Shown: one piece after another, positions 19,708-28,953 of the stretch
How the letters are laid out: every line of letters starts with the position of its first letter
Position numbering within the stretch: position 1 is the first letter of the stretch
DNA from: an uncultured Alphaproteobacteria bacterium
GTDB lineage: Bacteria > Pseudomonadota > Alphaproteobacteria > Rs-D84
Direction: 5' to 3'
Assembly: GCA_964017835.1 (NCBI GenBank)
Contig: CAXHMP010000001.1
Span: 9,820 to 73,819, forward strand
Length of the DNA: 64,000 nucleotides
Notes under the pieces: model-generated
What the model was told of the DNA's origin: nothing
The model's database searches: none
What the model saw: only the letters and a program-made list of their open reading frames with translations
Translations under genes and position numbers: made by a program

Positions 19708-20721
19708 TCAATCGAATGTTGCGCGCGCGATTTTTATCTTATCTTCGGTCAAGAATTTGGCATATCTCTGGGTCATTTTAGGGGATTTGTGGCCTAAATG
19801 AACCTGGGCGGCATACAGTGAATTTGTTGCCCGCACGACCGCAGTTCCCGAACCGTGCCGGACATCGTGGAAAGTATATTTATGTGGGGGAAATCCTGCG
19901 CGGCGACATGCCGCCGACCATGCGGTTTTAATGTCTTTGATTGGCTTGTCCTTATACATGATGACATATTCCCCTGTGCGCGGCAACGACTGCAATAGCT
20001 CCACCAAATGGCGCGGCATGGCGACGGTATGCAGGCGACCGCCCTCAAGTGTCTTGTCTTTCACGCGTTTTAAAATAAGACCATGTTCAAAATCAATCTC
20101 GTCCCAGCGCAGAGATAGCACGTTTTCACGGCGAAAACCTGTATAATACGCGATATCCATTGCCAGGCGCAGATGTGGCGCGGCCGCGTTCATTATCGCC
20201 AGGCGGTCATTGTTATCGACCAAGCCGATGCGTCCGTCCGGCTCGCGTTCGCGGAATTCCAGTGGACGAACATCGGGGGCGCGGTATCGCCATTTTTTGA
20301 GACAGGTGGTAATCACAGACGACAGGACGACCAGATGCCGGTTGATTGTGCCAGCGGCACGGCCGTCACGTTTCATGGCATAAATATAATCGTTGATGTC
20401 GGCGGCGGTTATTTTGGAAAAGATTTTGTCTGCGCCAAAAAAATCTGACATTTGGCGCAAAACATAAAAGACATTGCGGGGGACGGTGTATTTTTGTGCC
20501 TCGCGGGTGTAAAATTCGCCAAAAGCGGCGTTGACGGTAATGTCGTCATTATTGGCCGGGGCCAGCAAATCGGCCTCGGCCTGACGCGCGACAGCTATGG
20601 CTTTATCGCGTCCAGATTCGTGGGTTGAAATGCGGATAATTTGCGCCCGGCCGTTGACTTTGACCGATATGCGCGCCTGGTAATACGGCGTCCCTTTTCT
20701 TTTATACAGTTTATAAGGCAT
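19708..20721 (-). CDS. int: Tyrosine recombinase (phage integrase)
   Basis: C-terminal HDVRHG, LGHKS and MTQRYAKF catalytic R-H-R-Y motifs. A P4-like N-terminal arm-binding domain is present. Confidence 0.9.
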   Translation of the reverse strand: MPYKLYKRKGTPYYQARISVKVNGRAQIIRISTHESGRDKAIAVARQAEADLLAPANNDDITVNAAFGEFYTREAQKYTVPRNVFYVLRQMSDFFGADKIFSKITAADINDYIYAMKRDGRAAGTINRHLVVLSSVITTCLKKWRYRAPDVRPLEFREREPDGRIGLVDNNDRLAIMNAAAPHLRLAMDIAYYTGFRRENVLSLRWDEIDFEHGLILKRVKDKTLEGGRLHTVAMPRHLVELLQSLPRTGEYVIMYKDKPIKDIKTAWSAACRRAGFPPHKYTFHDVRHGSGTAVVRATNSLYAAQVHLGHKSPKMTQRYAKFLTEDKIKIARATFD

Positions 20722-20882
20722 TGGCTTTTTACGTCCTGAGTTATGTCATCGATGTAAAAGCGCATGCGTCCGCCGTCCATGAAAAACGGAACTTGTCCCA
20801 TGTTGACTTTCCGGCGAAAGCAGTTATAGGATTTTCCAGCGATGCGCGCGGCCTCTACAATTCCGACGTGTTTCCTTGTCAT
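20595..20882 (-). CDS. xis: AlpA/Xis-like excisionase (HTH DNA-binding protein)
   Basis: HTH segment VGIVEAARIAGKSYNCFRRKV. SD aaagggga upstream. Its 3' end overlaps the int start in another frame. Confidence 0.55.
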   Translation of the reverse strand: MTRKHVGIVEAARIAGKSYNCFRRKVNMGQVPFFMDGGRMRFYIDDITQDVKSQCLINCIKEKGRRITRRAYRSKSTAGRKLSAFQPTNLDAIKP

Positions 20883-21074
20883 GTTTTCCCCTTTCCTTGG
20901 TATAAGTTATCAGTATGATTTATATCCTTTTCCATTTGCTTTTTGCACCGCAACAAGGGCAGATAATGCGAAAATAGCGACCATGCGTATTTTCTTTTAT
21001 TTCCTGCACAATCCCCTTAGATGATTCATATGGACAATTGGAACAAACACTATCATACGGTTTCAGACTGCCAT

Positions 21075-21356
21075 TCATTCGTTATCCTGTTTTGTTATAG
21101 ATGTGATTTCGGACAATATCTCTTGGGGATGGCAGTATTCATCAAGCGAGCCTATAAACTCTTCCGCAACGGTCAACGCCAACGAAATTTTACCCAACTC
21201 GTCTTGTGCTTTCTTGCCGTCTATAAGGGCTTGCACTATCTCAATAAACAAATGCTCTTTCCATAGAATACATTTACTATTAGAACAGGAATATTCTATA
21301 AAATCTGTTTCATATAATTCCGCCCCACAGAAAGGGTATTTAAGTTTATCTGCCAT
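21075..21356 (-). CDS. Hypothetical Cys-containing (zinc-ribbon-like) prophage protein
   Basis: 93 aa with CG...CSNSKC spacing. Located in the moron region. Confidence 0.3.
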   Translation of the reverse strand: MADKLKYPFCGAELYETDFIEYSCSNSKCILWKEHLFIEIVQALIDGKKAQDELGKISLALTVAEEFIGSLDEYCHPQEILSEITSITKQDNE

Positions 21357-21802
21357 AGTTTCAGTATCCTGTCAATTGCGCCATTCGGAAAAAACCAGAT
21401 ATGACGCACGTTTGCAATATTGATAACATCGGTGTCGGCTGGAAAGAATTCAACACCAGTAGATTCGCCGAGTCCAATATCACGTTTAATTTCCATAATT
21501 TCATCCCATGTTATACCGTCTGCATATCTACGCGTGGAGGGATTCCATTCATTGCGCTGGATGGATATTTTTGTGTCGGCCGGAACATTCCAGACCATTA
21601 CTGTAAATTTTTTTGACCGCCATACCTCGCGCAAATCCATTGCATGCGAGGTATAAGGCAAAGACTTGTCCCCGTCTAGCACCATTGTCAATTTTTCGGG
21701 ATAAGAGGCAATCAGTGCGCGCTTATGCTTGGCTAGTGCGCGTCGTTGCTCGCGATTCAATTCACGGTCGTCAAAATAATCACGCCGGTCCATTTGTTGC
21801 AT
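21296..21802 (-). CDS. Hypothetical prophage protein
   Basis: 168-aa ORF of unknown function. Confidence 0.35.
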   Translation of the reverse strand: MQQMDRRDYFDDRELNREQRRALAKHKRALIASYPEKLTMVLDGDKSLPYTSHAMDLREVWRSKKFTVMVWNVPADTKISIQRNEWNPSTRRYADGITWDEIMEIKRDIGLGESTGVEFFPADTDVINIANVRHIWFFPNGAIDRILKLWQINLNTLSVGRNYMKQIL

Positions 21803-21816
21803 TTTTTTTGTCCTCC

Positions 21817-22071
21817 TTAAAATTCCAGTATGTGAACATGGCCGGCGATGTTGTCACTGGACCGGACGGCGATGACCGTCGCCAGGCCCGCAATCACAAC
21901 CGCGGCGATGGCGATATTGCGCGCATGCTGTGCCGCGTGCCGGGCATGGTGGTCTGGGGCTGTATGAACGACGGTTTGTTTAATGATGCATGCCCCGCCA
22001 CGGGTGCACCAGGTTTGTGCCTGGGCCTCCGTGCTTGATAACAAGGTCGCGATTATCAGCAATCTTTTCAT
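21817..22071 (-). CDS. Small secreted protein with signal peptide
   Basis: Signal peptide MKRLLIIATLLSSTEAQA. A poly-C10 tract lies about 115 bp upstream. Confidence 0.4.
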   Translation of the reverse strand: MKRLLIIATLLSSTEAQAQTWCTRGGACIIKQTVVHTAPDHHARHAAQHARNIAIAAVVIAGLATVIAVRSSDNIAGHVHILEF

Positions 22072-22342
22072 TTTTTTATCCTTATTTTTTTATTGCGCCG
22101 ATTTTGCGAACCGTGCCGCCGATTTGACGAGCATAGTCCGCGGCATCTTGTTCAAGGCAAAACGTTGCCACTACGCCCCCCCCCCGCAGACACTTCATGC
22201 ACGTAATGCGAAAATTGTGGCGGGAGGACAGTTGTTTTCTTTCGTTTCATTTTTACTTTTCCTTTCTTTTTTTGAGGGGCGCACTGCTAAGCTATGTCAT
22301 TTAAGCCGCCCGGCGTTTAAAGGGCGGCCCCCACGGGGAGGG

Positions 22343-22687
22343 TTAAAACGGAATATCGTCACCGACCAGGGCTGATGTCGTTGCTACGGTTGCCGGTGCG
22401 GCCGCGGGCTGTGTAGCAGGTTGCGCATATCCGTTATCCTGACGCTGTATTTCAAACGGCACCGGCTGGAAAACAACCCGTTGTAGCTGTTGCAGGATTA
22501 TAGCCATTGACGCCAATTCGTTCGGGAACAGATTTATTTTTGATTCCACCCATTCGCCGGTTTGGTCTTTGCTGGCCCGTGCCAAGGTAACGGAAAAATA
22601 GCCCTGTTTTCCCTGTTCTTTGGGTTCGTTCCAAAAAGCCGCCCCCTTTACAGTGCCGATATTTACGCGATAGTTTTTGTTTGACAT
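22343..22687 (-). CDS. ssb: Single-stranded DNA-binding protein
   Basis: OB-fold-like N-terminus and the canonical acidic tail DDIPF. Confidence 0.7.
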   Translation of the reverse strand: MSNKNYRVNIGTVKGAAFWNEPKEQGKQGYFSVTLARASKDQTGEWVESKINLFPNELASMAIILQQLQRVVFQPVPFEIQRQDNGYAQPATQPAAAPATVATTSALVGDDIPF

Positions 22688-22691
22688 TTTT

Positions 22692-23615
22692 TTACTCCTT
22701 TACTTTCTTTTTGGTTATACGCAGAGACCCTGCGACTTTGGTTTCTTTGGAATAACGTTCAACGACACCAGGCAAGTCGCGCTTTATTGCCGCCGTGTCA
22801 ATCGTCATCCGCGTTGACGGCGCGGTCATTGCCGCAACGTATTCGCCAAATTCTGCGCGCGTTATGCCGTCGTCGGCCATTTTCTGCTTTAAGGCGGTCT
22901 TGAATTCGTCCACCATTGCAGTCAGACGGTCAATCAGTGCCAGAGCTTTGTTGACCCGGGCGACCGGGGATTCGCCCATAAGGGCCACGGCGTCACATAC
23001 GGTGTTGCCCAAGATGTCCTCGATAGTTTCGCCGGCGGCCAGGCGCGCGCGGCCGTCAATGACATCGCGGCAGAACTGCGCCACGGCCGGCACGATTTGG
23101 TTATTGAAATAATCCGGGTCAGCATCAACCCAAAATCCCTCGGTTTCGCCAATTTGGTCGCCGTTGCGCAGGCCAAACACAATGCGCGCGCGTTTCAGCC
23201 CCCGTGCCGCCAGGTAAAACTGCACCTGAGCCCGGTAATATTCCGGCAGCACACCATTAAACGGCGTTGATGATGTTTTGCATTCAATCAGAATCTTTTC
23301 GCCGTCCGGCATGCAGCCGATACCGTCAAAATGACAGATGACAGGAAATGCAAACGACACCGGGCCGAATGACGGATTTTCCATCACCAGGGAATCGTCA
23401 GTCAGTTCATAACCGGCGGTCAGTGCGTCAAAATCAATCAGGGGGCGTTCTTTGGCATGGCCGAACCGTGTGGCGGCCGTGGAAAAATTGCGCCGTTCCT
23501 GGGTTATTTTTTCACGCAATAATCCACTGCGTGTTTTCCAAGGGGATATCCCCATAATGGCAGCGATGTCAGAGCCGCCGATGTATTGTGTGCGGTCGCC
23601 AAGTTCGTTATTCAT
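22692..23615 (-). CDS. YqaJ-like viral recombinase exonuclease (PD-(D/E)XK)
   Basis: N-terminal YIGGSDIAAIMG YqaJ signature. It is paired with a RecT-like gene. Confidence 0.7.
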   Translation of the reverse strand: MNNELGDRTQYIGGSDIAAIMGISPWKTRSGLLREKITQERRNFSTAATRFGHAKERPLIDFDALTAGYELTDDSLVMENPSFGPVSFAFPVICHFDGIGCMPDGEKILIECKTSSTPFNGVLPEYYRAQVQFYLAARGLKRARIVFGLRNGDQIGETEGFWVDADPDYFNNQIVPAVAQFCRDVIDGRARLAAGETIEDILGNTVCDAVALMGESPVARVNKALALIDRLTAMVDEFKTALKQKMADDGITRAEFGEYVAAMTAPSTRMTIDTAAIKRDLPGVVERYSKETKVAGSLRITKKKVKE

Positions 23616-24393
23616 CGATGATACCCCCCGTCATTTGCAGCTGTTCCACAATTTCTTGCTTGCGCGTAGTGCCGGCGGCCGACAGCAGTTCAATCGGACA
23701 TGACTGCGCATATTTTTTTAATGTTTCGCCGATTTCGGTTATGGTTTTACAAGCCCTGATTTCATTTTGCACCGTGACGGGCAACTGTTCCGGCGTGGGC
23801 GGCGCGGATACGACCTCTGCCTCTATTGCGGTCAGGGCGTCAATGGGTTCAGATTCAACGCGAACTGGTTCGGTGGTGGGCACGCTCTTTTTGCGCGGTG
23901 TGGGTGCGTCGTCAAAACTGGCGACCTCCTCGGCGCAATACAGGCCGGATAAAACCTCTGGCGCCAATGCGCGGATGGCCTCGACCTGGGCGCGAGCACG
24001 CAACATTGCGGCGGGATATTTTTCCCAGCCACTGCCGCCGCGAACCAGGCCAATTTTGCGTGCGCGCTCAATCGTCCATTCAACATCAATACAGCAACCG
24101 TCAATTTCGGCGTGACATTTTGCAACCGTGTCGGATGTTTCGAGCCACTGCAATTTACCGCCGGCCTTGCGAAAACGTCCAAAAACGGCAGATGATTTTA
24201 ATGCTGGGCGACCCTTTACGATGTCATATTCCTGCATCGCGGCCATTGGATGCTTGCCCTCGGCCTGGGCCATAAGTAACAATGTCGCGACCTGTGGTTC
24301 GTTATAACCGCCGAATAAACCAGATGCGGCGCAGTATTTCGCCATTGCGCCGATTGTCTGTCCGGCCGGCAATTCAACAATTTGATTTCCCAT
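23608..24393 (-). CDS. RecT/Bet-like single-strand annealing protein
   Basis: Located immediately upstream of the YqaJ exonuclease, at a length consistent with RecT. Sequence similarity is modest. Confidence 0.55.
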   Translation of the reverse strand: MGNQIVELPAGQTIGAMAKYCAASGLFGGYNEPQVATLLLMAQAEGKHPMAAMQEYDIVKGRPALKSSAVFGRFRKAGGKLQWLETSDTVAKCHAEIDGCCIDVEWTIERARKIGLVRGGSGWEKYPAAMLRARAQVEAIRALAPEVLSGLYCAEEVASFDDAPTPRKKSVPTTEPVRVESEPIDALTAIEAEVVSAPPTPEQLPVTVQNEIRACKTITEIGETLKKYAQSCPIELLSAAGTTRKQEIVEQLQMTGGIIDE

Positions 24394-24562
24394 TTTCTTT
24401 TGCTCCTTTTTTAATTTGAAATCTTGTCCAGGTAAGCCCAGGCCTCGGCCTTGATATCAAATGACTTGTTGTTGATAGGGCGGCCCCGCATGCGCGGATT
24501 TATCCAACGACAGTGCGAATAGACAATTTGGTATTTACCGGTCTGGCTGTTAAATATGACGT

Positions 24563-24907
24563 TCATTGGCGCACCCCCGCGCATACGTGCGCACAATAAT
24601 CCGGGGCGTCCGAGTTGATGATGTTGCAATCGGCCAGGCAGGCCGCGCCGTGACATTCCCAATAAGCATAATCAGAGATGTCGGCCAGTGGCGCGCACGT
24701 GTCACCGCGCGTAGTTGCCATGGCGGCATCGGCCCATGAAAACCAGCCCCAGCATAGAAAAATAGTGATGATGATCGTCCAGATGACGCGGACGATATTA
24801 AATTGAGTTTTTTTATTTTGTAAATCTTGCATGTATTGACCTCTTGTCTGTTTACGATGTGATTCTAACATTATGTGAGTGCAATAGTCAAGATAAAAAA
24901 CTAACAA
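24563..24907 (-). CDS. Hypothetical small membrane protein
   Basis: ORF with one TM. The start is uncertain (possibly at a later Met). Confidence 0.3.
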   Translation of the reverse strand: MLVFYLDYCTHIMLESHRKQTRGQYMQDLQNKKTQFNIVRVIWTIIITIFLCWGWFSWADAAMATTRGDTCAPLADISDYAYWECHGAACLADCNIINSDAPDYCAHVCAGVRQ

Positions 24908-25046
24908 AATGTGAAATTATTTGAAATATTATGAAATTTAAATAAGTTGACAAAAAGTTTAAGAAAACAGGAAAAAAGTTTAAAATAATAGTTTCAAAAG
25001 TTTAAAAAAATAAAAACTGTATAAAAACATTTTGCAAAGAAAGCTG

Positions 25047-25241
25047 TTATTTTTTCTTTGGACGGCCGCGTGGACGCGTGGCGGCGTCAGAGCGCACGAA
25101 ATCGACCAGCTGGGGATAGTCGGCGCAAAAAACAATAGACCCCCGCGATTTCCGCTTTATGGCGGTATTCAGACTGATTTTTTTCTTTTTTGCGTATGCA
25201 GATAAACTGCCGCGTAAATCTGACGGAGGTGTTTTCATCAT
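25047..25241 (-). CDS. Small basic AT-hook-like DNA-binding protein
   Basis: C-terminal RPRGRPKKK. Confidence 0.3.
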   Translation of the reverse strand: MMKTPPSDLRGSLSAYAKKKKISLNTAIKRKSRGSIVFCADYPQLVDFVRSDAATRPRGRPKKK

Positions 25242-25783
25242 TTAACGACCGGGGTAAAGGTTGCGCATATGTGCGGATTTTTTGGGTCAATCGAAAATGT
25301 ATAATGCAATTCCGCAATTTGTTTCTGGCCGTCATTTTCCAAAATCCCCGCGCGTTGCATTGCGTCAAAAATAATTTTGGTCGCGCCGGCGGCAATGTTG
25401 TCCGGGTCGCGGCGGGCGTTTTTAGAGCAAAAGTGAATGTCAACCGCAACAGGCGTTGACAACGGCGTGCGCGGCAAATATGGAACGACGGTGTTCATTG
25501 CCTGGCGTTTTAATTTTGCACCAACAAAGCGATTGCAGCGGTCAGCGTCAATAATTTGATTCAATGACGGCAATTCGCCCGGAATCATAACGCACAAGGA
25601 AAACACCGTCCGTGATTGCAAGTTGTTCCATTTTTGCGCCAACGCGTCCAGGTTGGCGTCATGCGCGACATAATCGCAACCGTTCGGACATTCCGGATTT
25701 TGGCATCGGACGGCAAACGGATTTATGTCGTCAAAATACGGATACGCGCCACATTTGGCGCATGGTTTAATTTGCGTTTGCAT
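25238..25783 (-). CDS. rusA: RusA-family Holliday junction resolvase with N-terminal zinc ribbon
   Basis: RDPDNIAAGATKIIFDAMQRAGILENDG matches the RusA catalytic Asp cluster. N-terminal CxxC..CxxxC zinc ribbon. Confidence 0.7.
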   Translation of the reverse strand: MQTQIKPCAKCGAYPYFDDINPFAVRCQNPECPNGCDYVAHDANLDALAQKWNNLQSRTVFSLCVMIPGELPSLNQIIDADRCNRFVGAKLKRQAMNTVVPYLPRTPLSTPVAVDIHFCSKNARRDPDNIAAGATKIIFDAMQRAGILENDGQKQIAELHYTFSIDPKNPHICATFTPVVK

Positions 25784-25936
25784 GAGAGTTCCCTTTGATA
25801 TTGCGTAACCACGGCATCAATACCCAATTCGGCCGAAATGCGGCGGTCATTGACGTATATGCGCGGTGTGCGTCGCGAAAATCCGGATAAAATTGTCGAA
25901 TTTTCGGGTGGTGTTTGTTGATAATCACGCCCCCAA

Positions 25937-26275
25937 TCATAGATTGCCTCCTTGTTTTTCAATCCAGCCGCGGGTAACCGCGACGGTGCGTATTATTTGC
26001 ATCGCCTGAGTCCAGTTTCGGGATTCGTGATATTCGGAATATGCGTTCGGGTTTGGTGGCCGGCGCATATCACCGTATTTTTTCATGACCGCCAAATGCG
26101 TATCGGTCAGGCGGCCCGCCAGATACAGTTTTGTTATCAGTGTTTCGACATCGATAAGTTCACACGCGCGGCGAAAGGATGTGCTTGTGCCGTGCGATAA
26201 TCCGCGGGTTACGCCGCGGGCATACAGAAACCAAAACCACAGCTGTTCAGCTGATTGAAATTTTTCTCTCTGCAT
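25937..26275 (-). CDS. Hypothetical prophage protein
   Basis: 112-aa ORF in the early operon. Confidence 0.35.
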   Translation of the reverse strand: MQREKFQSAEQLWFWFLYARGVTRGLSHGTSTSFRRACELIDVETLITKLYLAGRLTDTHLAVMKKYGDMRRPPNPNAYSEYHESRNWTQAMQIIRTVAVTRGWIEKQGGNL

Positions 26276-26305
26276 GGTCGTCCTCCTGTTATTTGTGGTC
26301 GATTG

Positions 26306-26905
26306 TTAGCGGTTGATAAGTTCAGCGTATTCATCGGGCGGGGTTAAAATTTCATATTCGCCACCGGATTCGGCGGCCATGGTTGCCTGAATCTGGTCCA
26401 GGAATCGACCAAAGTCGGCGGCGGATAATTTACGGGTAGAAACAATGCCCAGGCGATTTTTCCAGTATTTTTTCTGGGTTTCAGTATCCATTGCCCAGGC
26501 GGCGCAGTCCGGTGGTAAATACCCTGTGTCGTGATAAAAGCGAACAACATTCGCACAAATGGCCATTAGAAAACGATTTTGGGCCCCAGTGCGCGATTTT
26601 TGGTGTGGGACTATAGAGATGTCCCAGCCGAGGCGTGCGACGTTTCTGGTGGCGTTTATTTGTGTTTGTGCCCATTGCAGGATTTTGTAGGTTTCTGTAT
26701 TTTGTGGAAAATGCATTATCTGACCTTTTCTGATGTGATGATGCGACGCAATTCGGATAATTCGCGGCGCAGTGTTGCGACCAAGGCCGCTGCGTCCGGG
26801 TTTGTGGTGCTGTCCCATTGGATTATTTGTCGCGACAGGTAATGTATAATCTCGCTGTCGATTTGGGCGCAAGTGACGGTAAAGTTTTCCCATGCCGGCG
26901 ACCAC
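26306..26905 (-). CDS. NinB/Orf-like recombination-associated protein (tentative)
   Basis: The SRTGAQNRFLMAICANV segment resembles the NinB core. The start is probably at an internal Met. Confidence 0.35.
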   Translation of the reverse strand: MVAGMGKLYRHLRPNRQRDYTLPVATNNPMGQHHKPGRSGLGRNTAPRIIRIASHHHIRKGQIMHFPQNTETYKILQWAQTQINATRNVARLGWDISIVPHQKSRTGAQNRFLMAICANVVRFYHDTGYLPPDCAAWAMDTETQKKYWKNRLGIVSTRKLSAADFGRFLDQIQATMAAESGGEYEILTPPDEYAELINR

Positions 26906-27348
26906 ATTTTACCGTTATGGTAAAAACGGCGCAGCGCCGCGTTGCGCCACAGCGAAACGTCCCAACGACGCAGAGTCGTCAGCCGTTTTTTCATGCTTTC
27001 TGCGTATTGATATTGCAGATACGGGTCGCCGGGGGCCGGTGTTTCGTCCGGTTCAAAAAACTGGGCTAGGCGGGCCTCTAAATCTTCCAGGGTGGGCGGT
27101 GTTGTTTTATTCTTGTCAAAAAGAGCATAGTTCGCGATGGCGTTTTTTATCGTCTTTTCCGTATAGTTGTTCAAAGACGCATCCCATTCATCGCGTATGC
27201 GTTCCAGGGCGGCGGTGTCCGGTGTGGCGTTTTCGTCAGCCGTCATGGCGTCCAGTTCCGGGATTCCGTATCGACCCCATTTGGACTTTATTCGGGTCAA
27301 TGCCAGCGCGGCCTTGCCCTGTGATTTTGTTGTTGATATTTTTTGCAT
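26716..27348 (-). CDS. Hypothetical prophage early protein
   Basis: 210-aa ORF that partly overlaps the neighbouring ORF in another frame. Confidence 0.35.
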   Translation of the reverse strand: MQKISTTKSQGKAALALTRIKSKWGRYGIPELDAMTADENATPDTAALERIRDEWDASLNNYTEKTIKNAIANYALFDKNKTTPPTLEDLEARLAQFFEPDETPAPGDPYLQYQYAESMKKRLTTLRRWDVSLWRNAALRRFYHNGKMWSPAWENFTVTCAQIDSEIIHYLSRQIIQWDSTTNPDAAALVATLRRELSELRRIITSEKVR

Positions 27349-28148
27349 TATGTTCCCCTGGTTGGTGTGTCAAGAATGGCGAAAGGATTATTTGCTGGCG
27401 ACGCGGCGGCCACTCGGCCGGGTGGAATTTTGTGGCTGAATCCGGTGCGTTCCCAGGTTCGCACAGCCGCGTGCCAGTCTGTCATTTGTCGGGTCGAACC
27501 CTTTGGTATCCAGTTGCGCGTGGCGTAATGGTCCACAAAATGCTGTGGGTCAATGCCGTTTTTGCGTGCGGCGCAGTATTCCGCGACCATTTCCACCGTC
27601 GGTGGCGTAAATTTTGATTTTTTTGATTGATTTGATTGTTTTTGCGGCGCGTCGGCCGTTCTGGAAAACAAATCGGCGGCCAGCGTTTTTTCTGAATCCG
27701 AATTTTTCCTCGCGCGCGTAGTGGATGTATTTATATTATTTTTATTATTTATAATATTACAGTTATTGTTTATTGGATGAAGTAAAGGGGGTGTGGGGGA
27801 AATGGAATTTGTGTCGGAAATGTCATTTTTTTGGCTTTGTGTATACGTTTGGTCCTGGGTTTCTGCGGTGTTTGAGGTGGTATGAAAATCAAAATCACTT
27901 TTTGATTTTTTTGAATTATTTTGATTTTTTTTGATTTTTGGACGACCTGCACCAGGACGACGACCGCCGCGGTTATCTTTGGCGGATAAGCGGTCTTTTA
28001 TCATCTCAAAAGCGAGCGATAAAGCCGGTGGCATTTCTTGGGTGGTTGTGCCGGTAAAAAAATATTCCAGGGCGGCGATGCCAATTTGTGCACGTTCCGC
28101 GTCGGATAAACGTTGAATCAGCGCAGAAATGCCGACGTGACCCTCCAT
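27348..28148 (-). CDS. Prophage early protein with a low-complexity Asn/Ser/Thr/Lys-rich linker (possible replication organizer)
   Basis: SD aaggaaggg sits before the ATG at 28148 (MEGH...). It is the first gene of the leftward early operon. Confidence 0.4.
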   Translation of the reverse strand: MEGHVGISALIQRLSDAERAQIGIAALEYFFTGTTTQEMPPALSLAFEMIKDRLSAKDNRGGRRPGAGRPKIKKNQNNSKKSKSDFDFHTTSNTAETQDQTYTQSQKNDISDTNSISPTPPLLHPINNNCNIINNKNNINTSTTRARKNSDSEKTLAADLFSRTADAPQKQSNQSKKSKFTPPTVEMVAEYCAARKNGIDPQHFVDHYATRNWIPKGSTRQMTDWHAAVRTWERTGFSHKIPPGRVAAASPANNPFAILDTPTRGT

Positions 28149-28169
28149 AATTCCCTTCCTTTTTTGCAA

Positions 28170-28320
28170 AGGTATTTGACAAAAGTTATTGACTTGACAA
28201 AAAACCTTGATACAATATTCCTTTCAACGACAATCCTAACAACTTGTGAGGTTTTATGCAAGTAAAAAAACTAACAAAATGATAAATGCTGTTTCTAACG
28301 TATGTTTGTATAATGTGAGT
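28170..28320. promoter_or_regulatory. Divergent promoter/operator region of the prophage genetic switch
   Basis: Multiple TTGACA/TTGACT hexamers, TACAAT, and TATAAT located 7 nt before the repressor ATG. Also contains the repeated motif aaaaaactaacaaaatg. Confidence 0.5.
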
Positions 28321-28758
28321 ATGACATTTGCAGATAAAATAAAATTTTTGAGAAACCGTGACGGTTTGACCCAGAGTGCCCTTGCGTCCAAGCTAAATGT
28401 TTCTGCGGGGATTATAGGAATGGTGGAATCTGGTGCACGCGTGCCGTCAAAAGAAATGTCTATAAGATTGGCAAATTTGTTTAGTGTTCCAGTTGAGGTG
28501 TTCTTGGTTGAAAACGTCGATATTCCTGAGGGTGCAACCGTCGCGAGAATCCCGGTCGACCCCGAGTTGCTGATTGACATCATGGACGCAATTACAGAAT
28601 TTTTGACCGAAAATAATTTGGAAATGACGCGCGGACAGCGCAAAGAACTGGTGAAGCATTTTTGCGAGAGAGGATTGAAAGAACCCCTGCGTATCAAAGA
28701 TGTCTTGTCCGGCATGCTGGCCGTCGGTTCGGATATTTTCACAAAAAAGGCTAGATAA
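28321..28758 (+). CDS. XRE-family HTH transcriptional regulator (prophage repressor candidate)
   Basis: HTH segment LTQSALASKLNVSAGIIGMVESG. No SD is present. TATAAT lies 7 nt upstream of the ATG, suggesting a leaderless mRNA. Confidence 0.65.
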   Translation: MTFADKIKFLRNRDGLTQSALASKLNVSAGIIGMVESGARVPSKEMSIRLANLFSVPVEVFLVENVDIPEGATVARIPVDPELLIDIMDAITEFLTENNLEMTRGQRKELVKHFCERGLKEPLRIKDVLSGMLAVGSDIFTKKAR

Positions 28759-28817
28759 ATGTCATCCAAGTTTGCCCGGATTTATGTGGGTTTGCGCCAG
28801 TTGCAGGGGGCAATGTC

Positions 28818-28846
28818 TTGACTTTTTATAAAAAATTATATATAAT
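28818..28846 (+). promoter_or_regulatory. Sigma70 consensus promoter (late-promoter candidate)
   Basis: TTGACT, a 17-bp spacer, then TATAAT. Confidence 0.55.
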
Positions 28847-28877
28847 TTTTAATGAACACAAGGTTCATTTTATGCAA

Positions 28878-28944
28878 TCGGGCCGGTAGAATCTTGCATT
28901 TTCAAGTTCTGTTTACAGCCGGCCCGACCCCTTTTGTTTTTTTT
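28878..28944 (+). terminator. Long GC-stem hairpin with T-run (terminator 1 or RNA structure)
   Basis: cgggccgg...ccggcccg followed by ccccttttgtttttttt. Confidence 0.45.
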
Positions 28945-28953
28945 GTGCGATAA

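Noticed and set aside
27700-27960. Repetitive AT-rich DNA (ttttgatttt, ttattttt units) that might look like a repeat array
   Set aside because: It is the coding sequence of the Asn/Ser/Lys low-complexity linker of the 27348..28148 protein. It has no regular repeat-spacer periodicity and is not a CRISPR.
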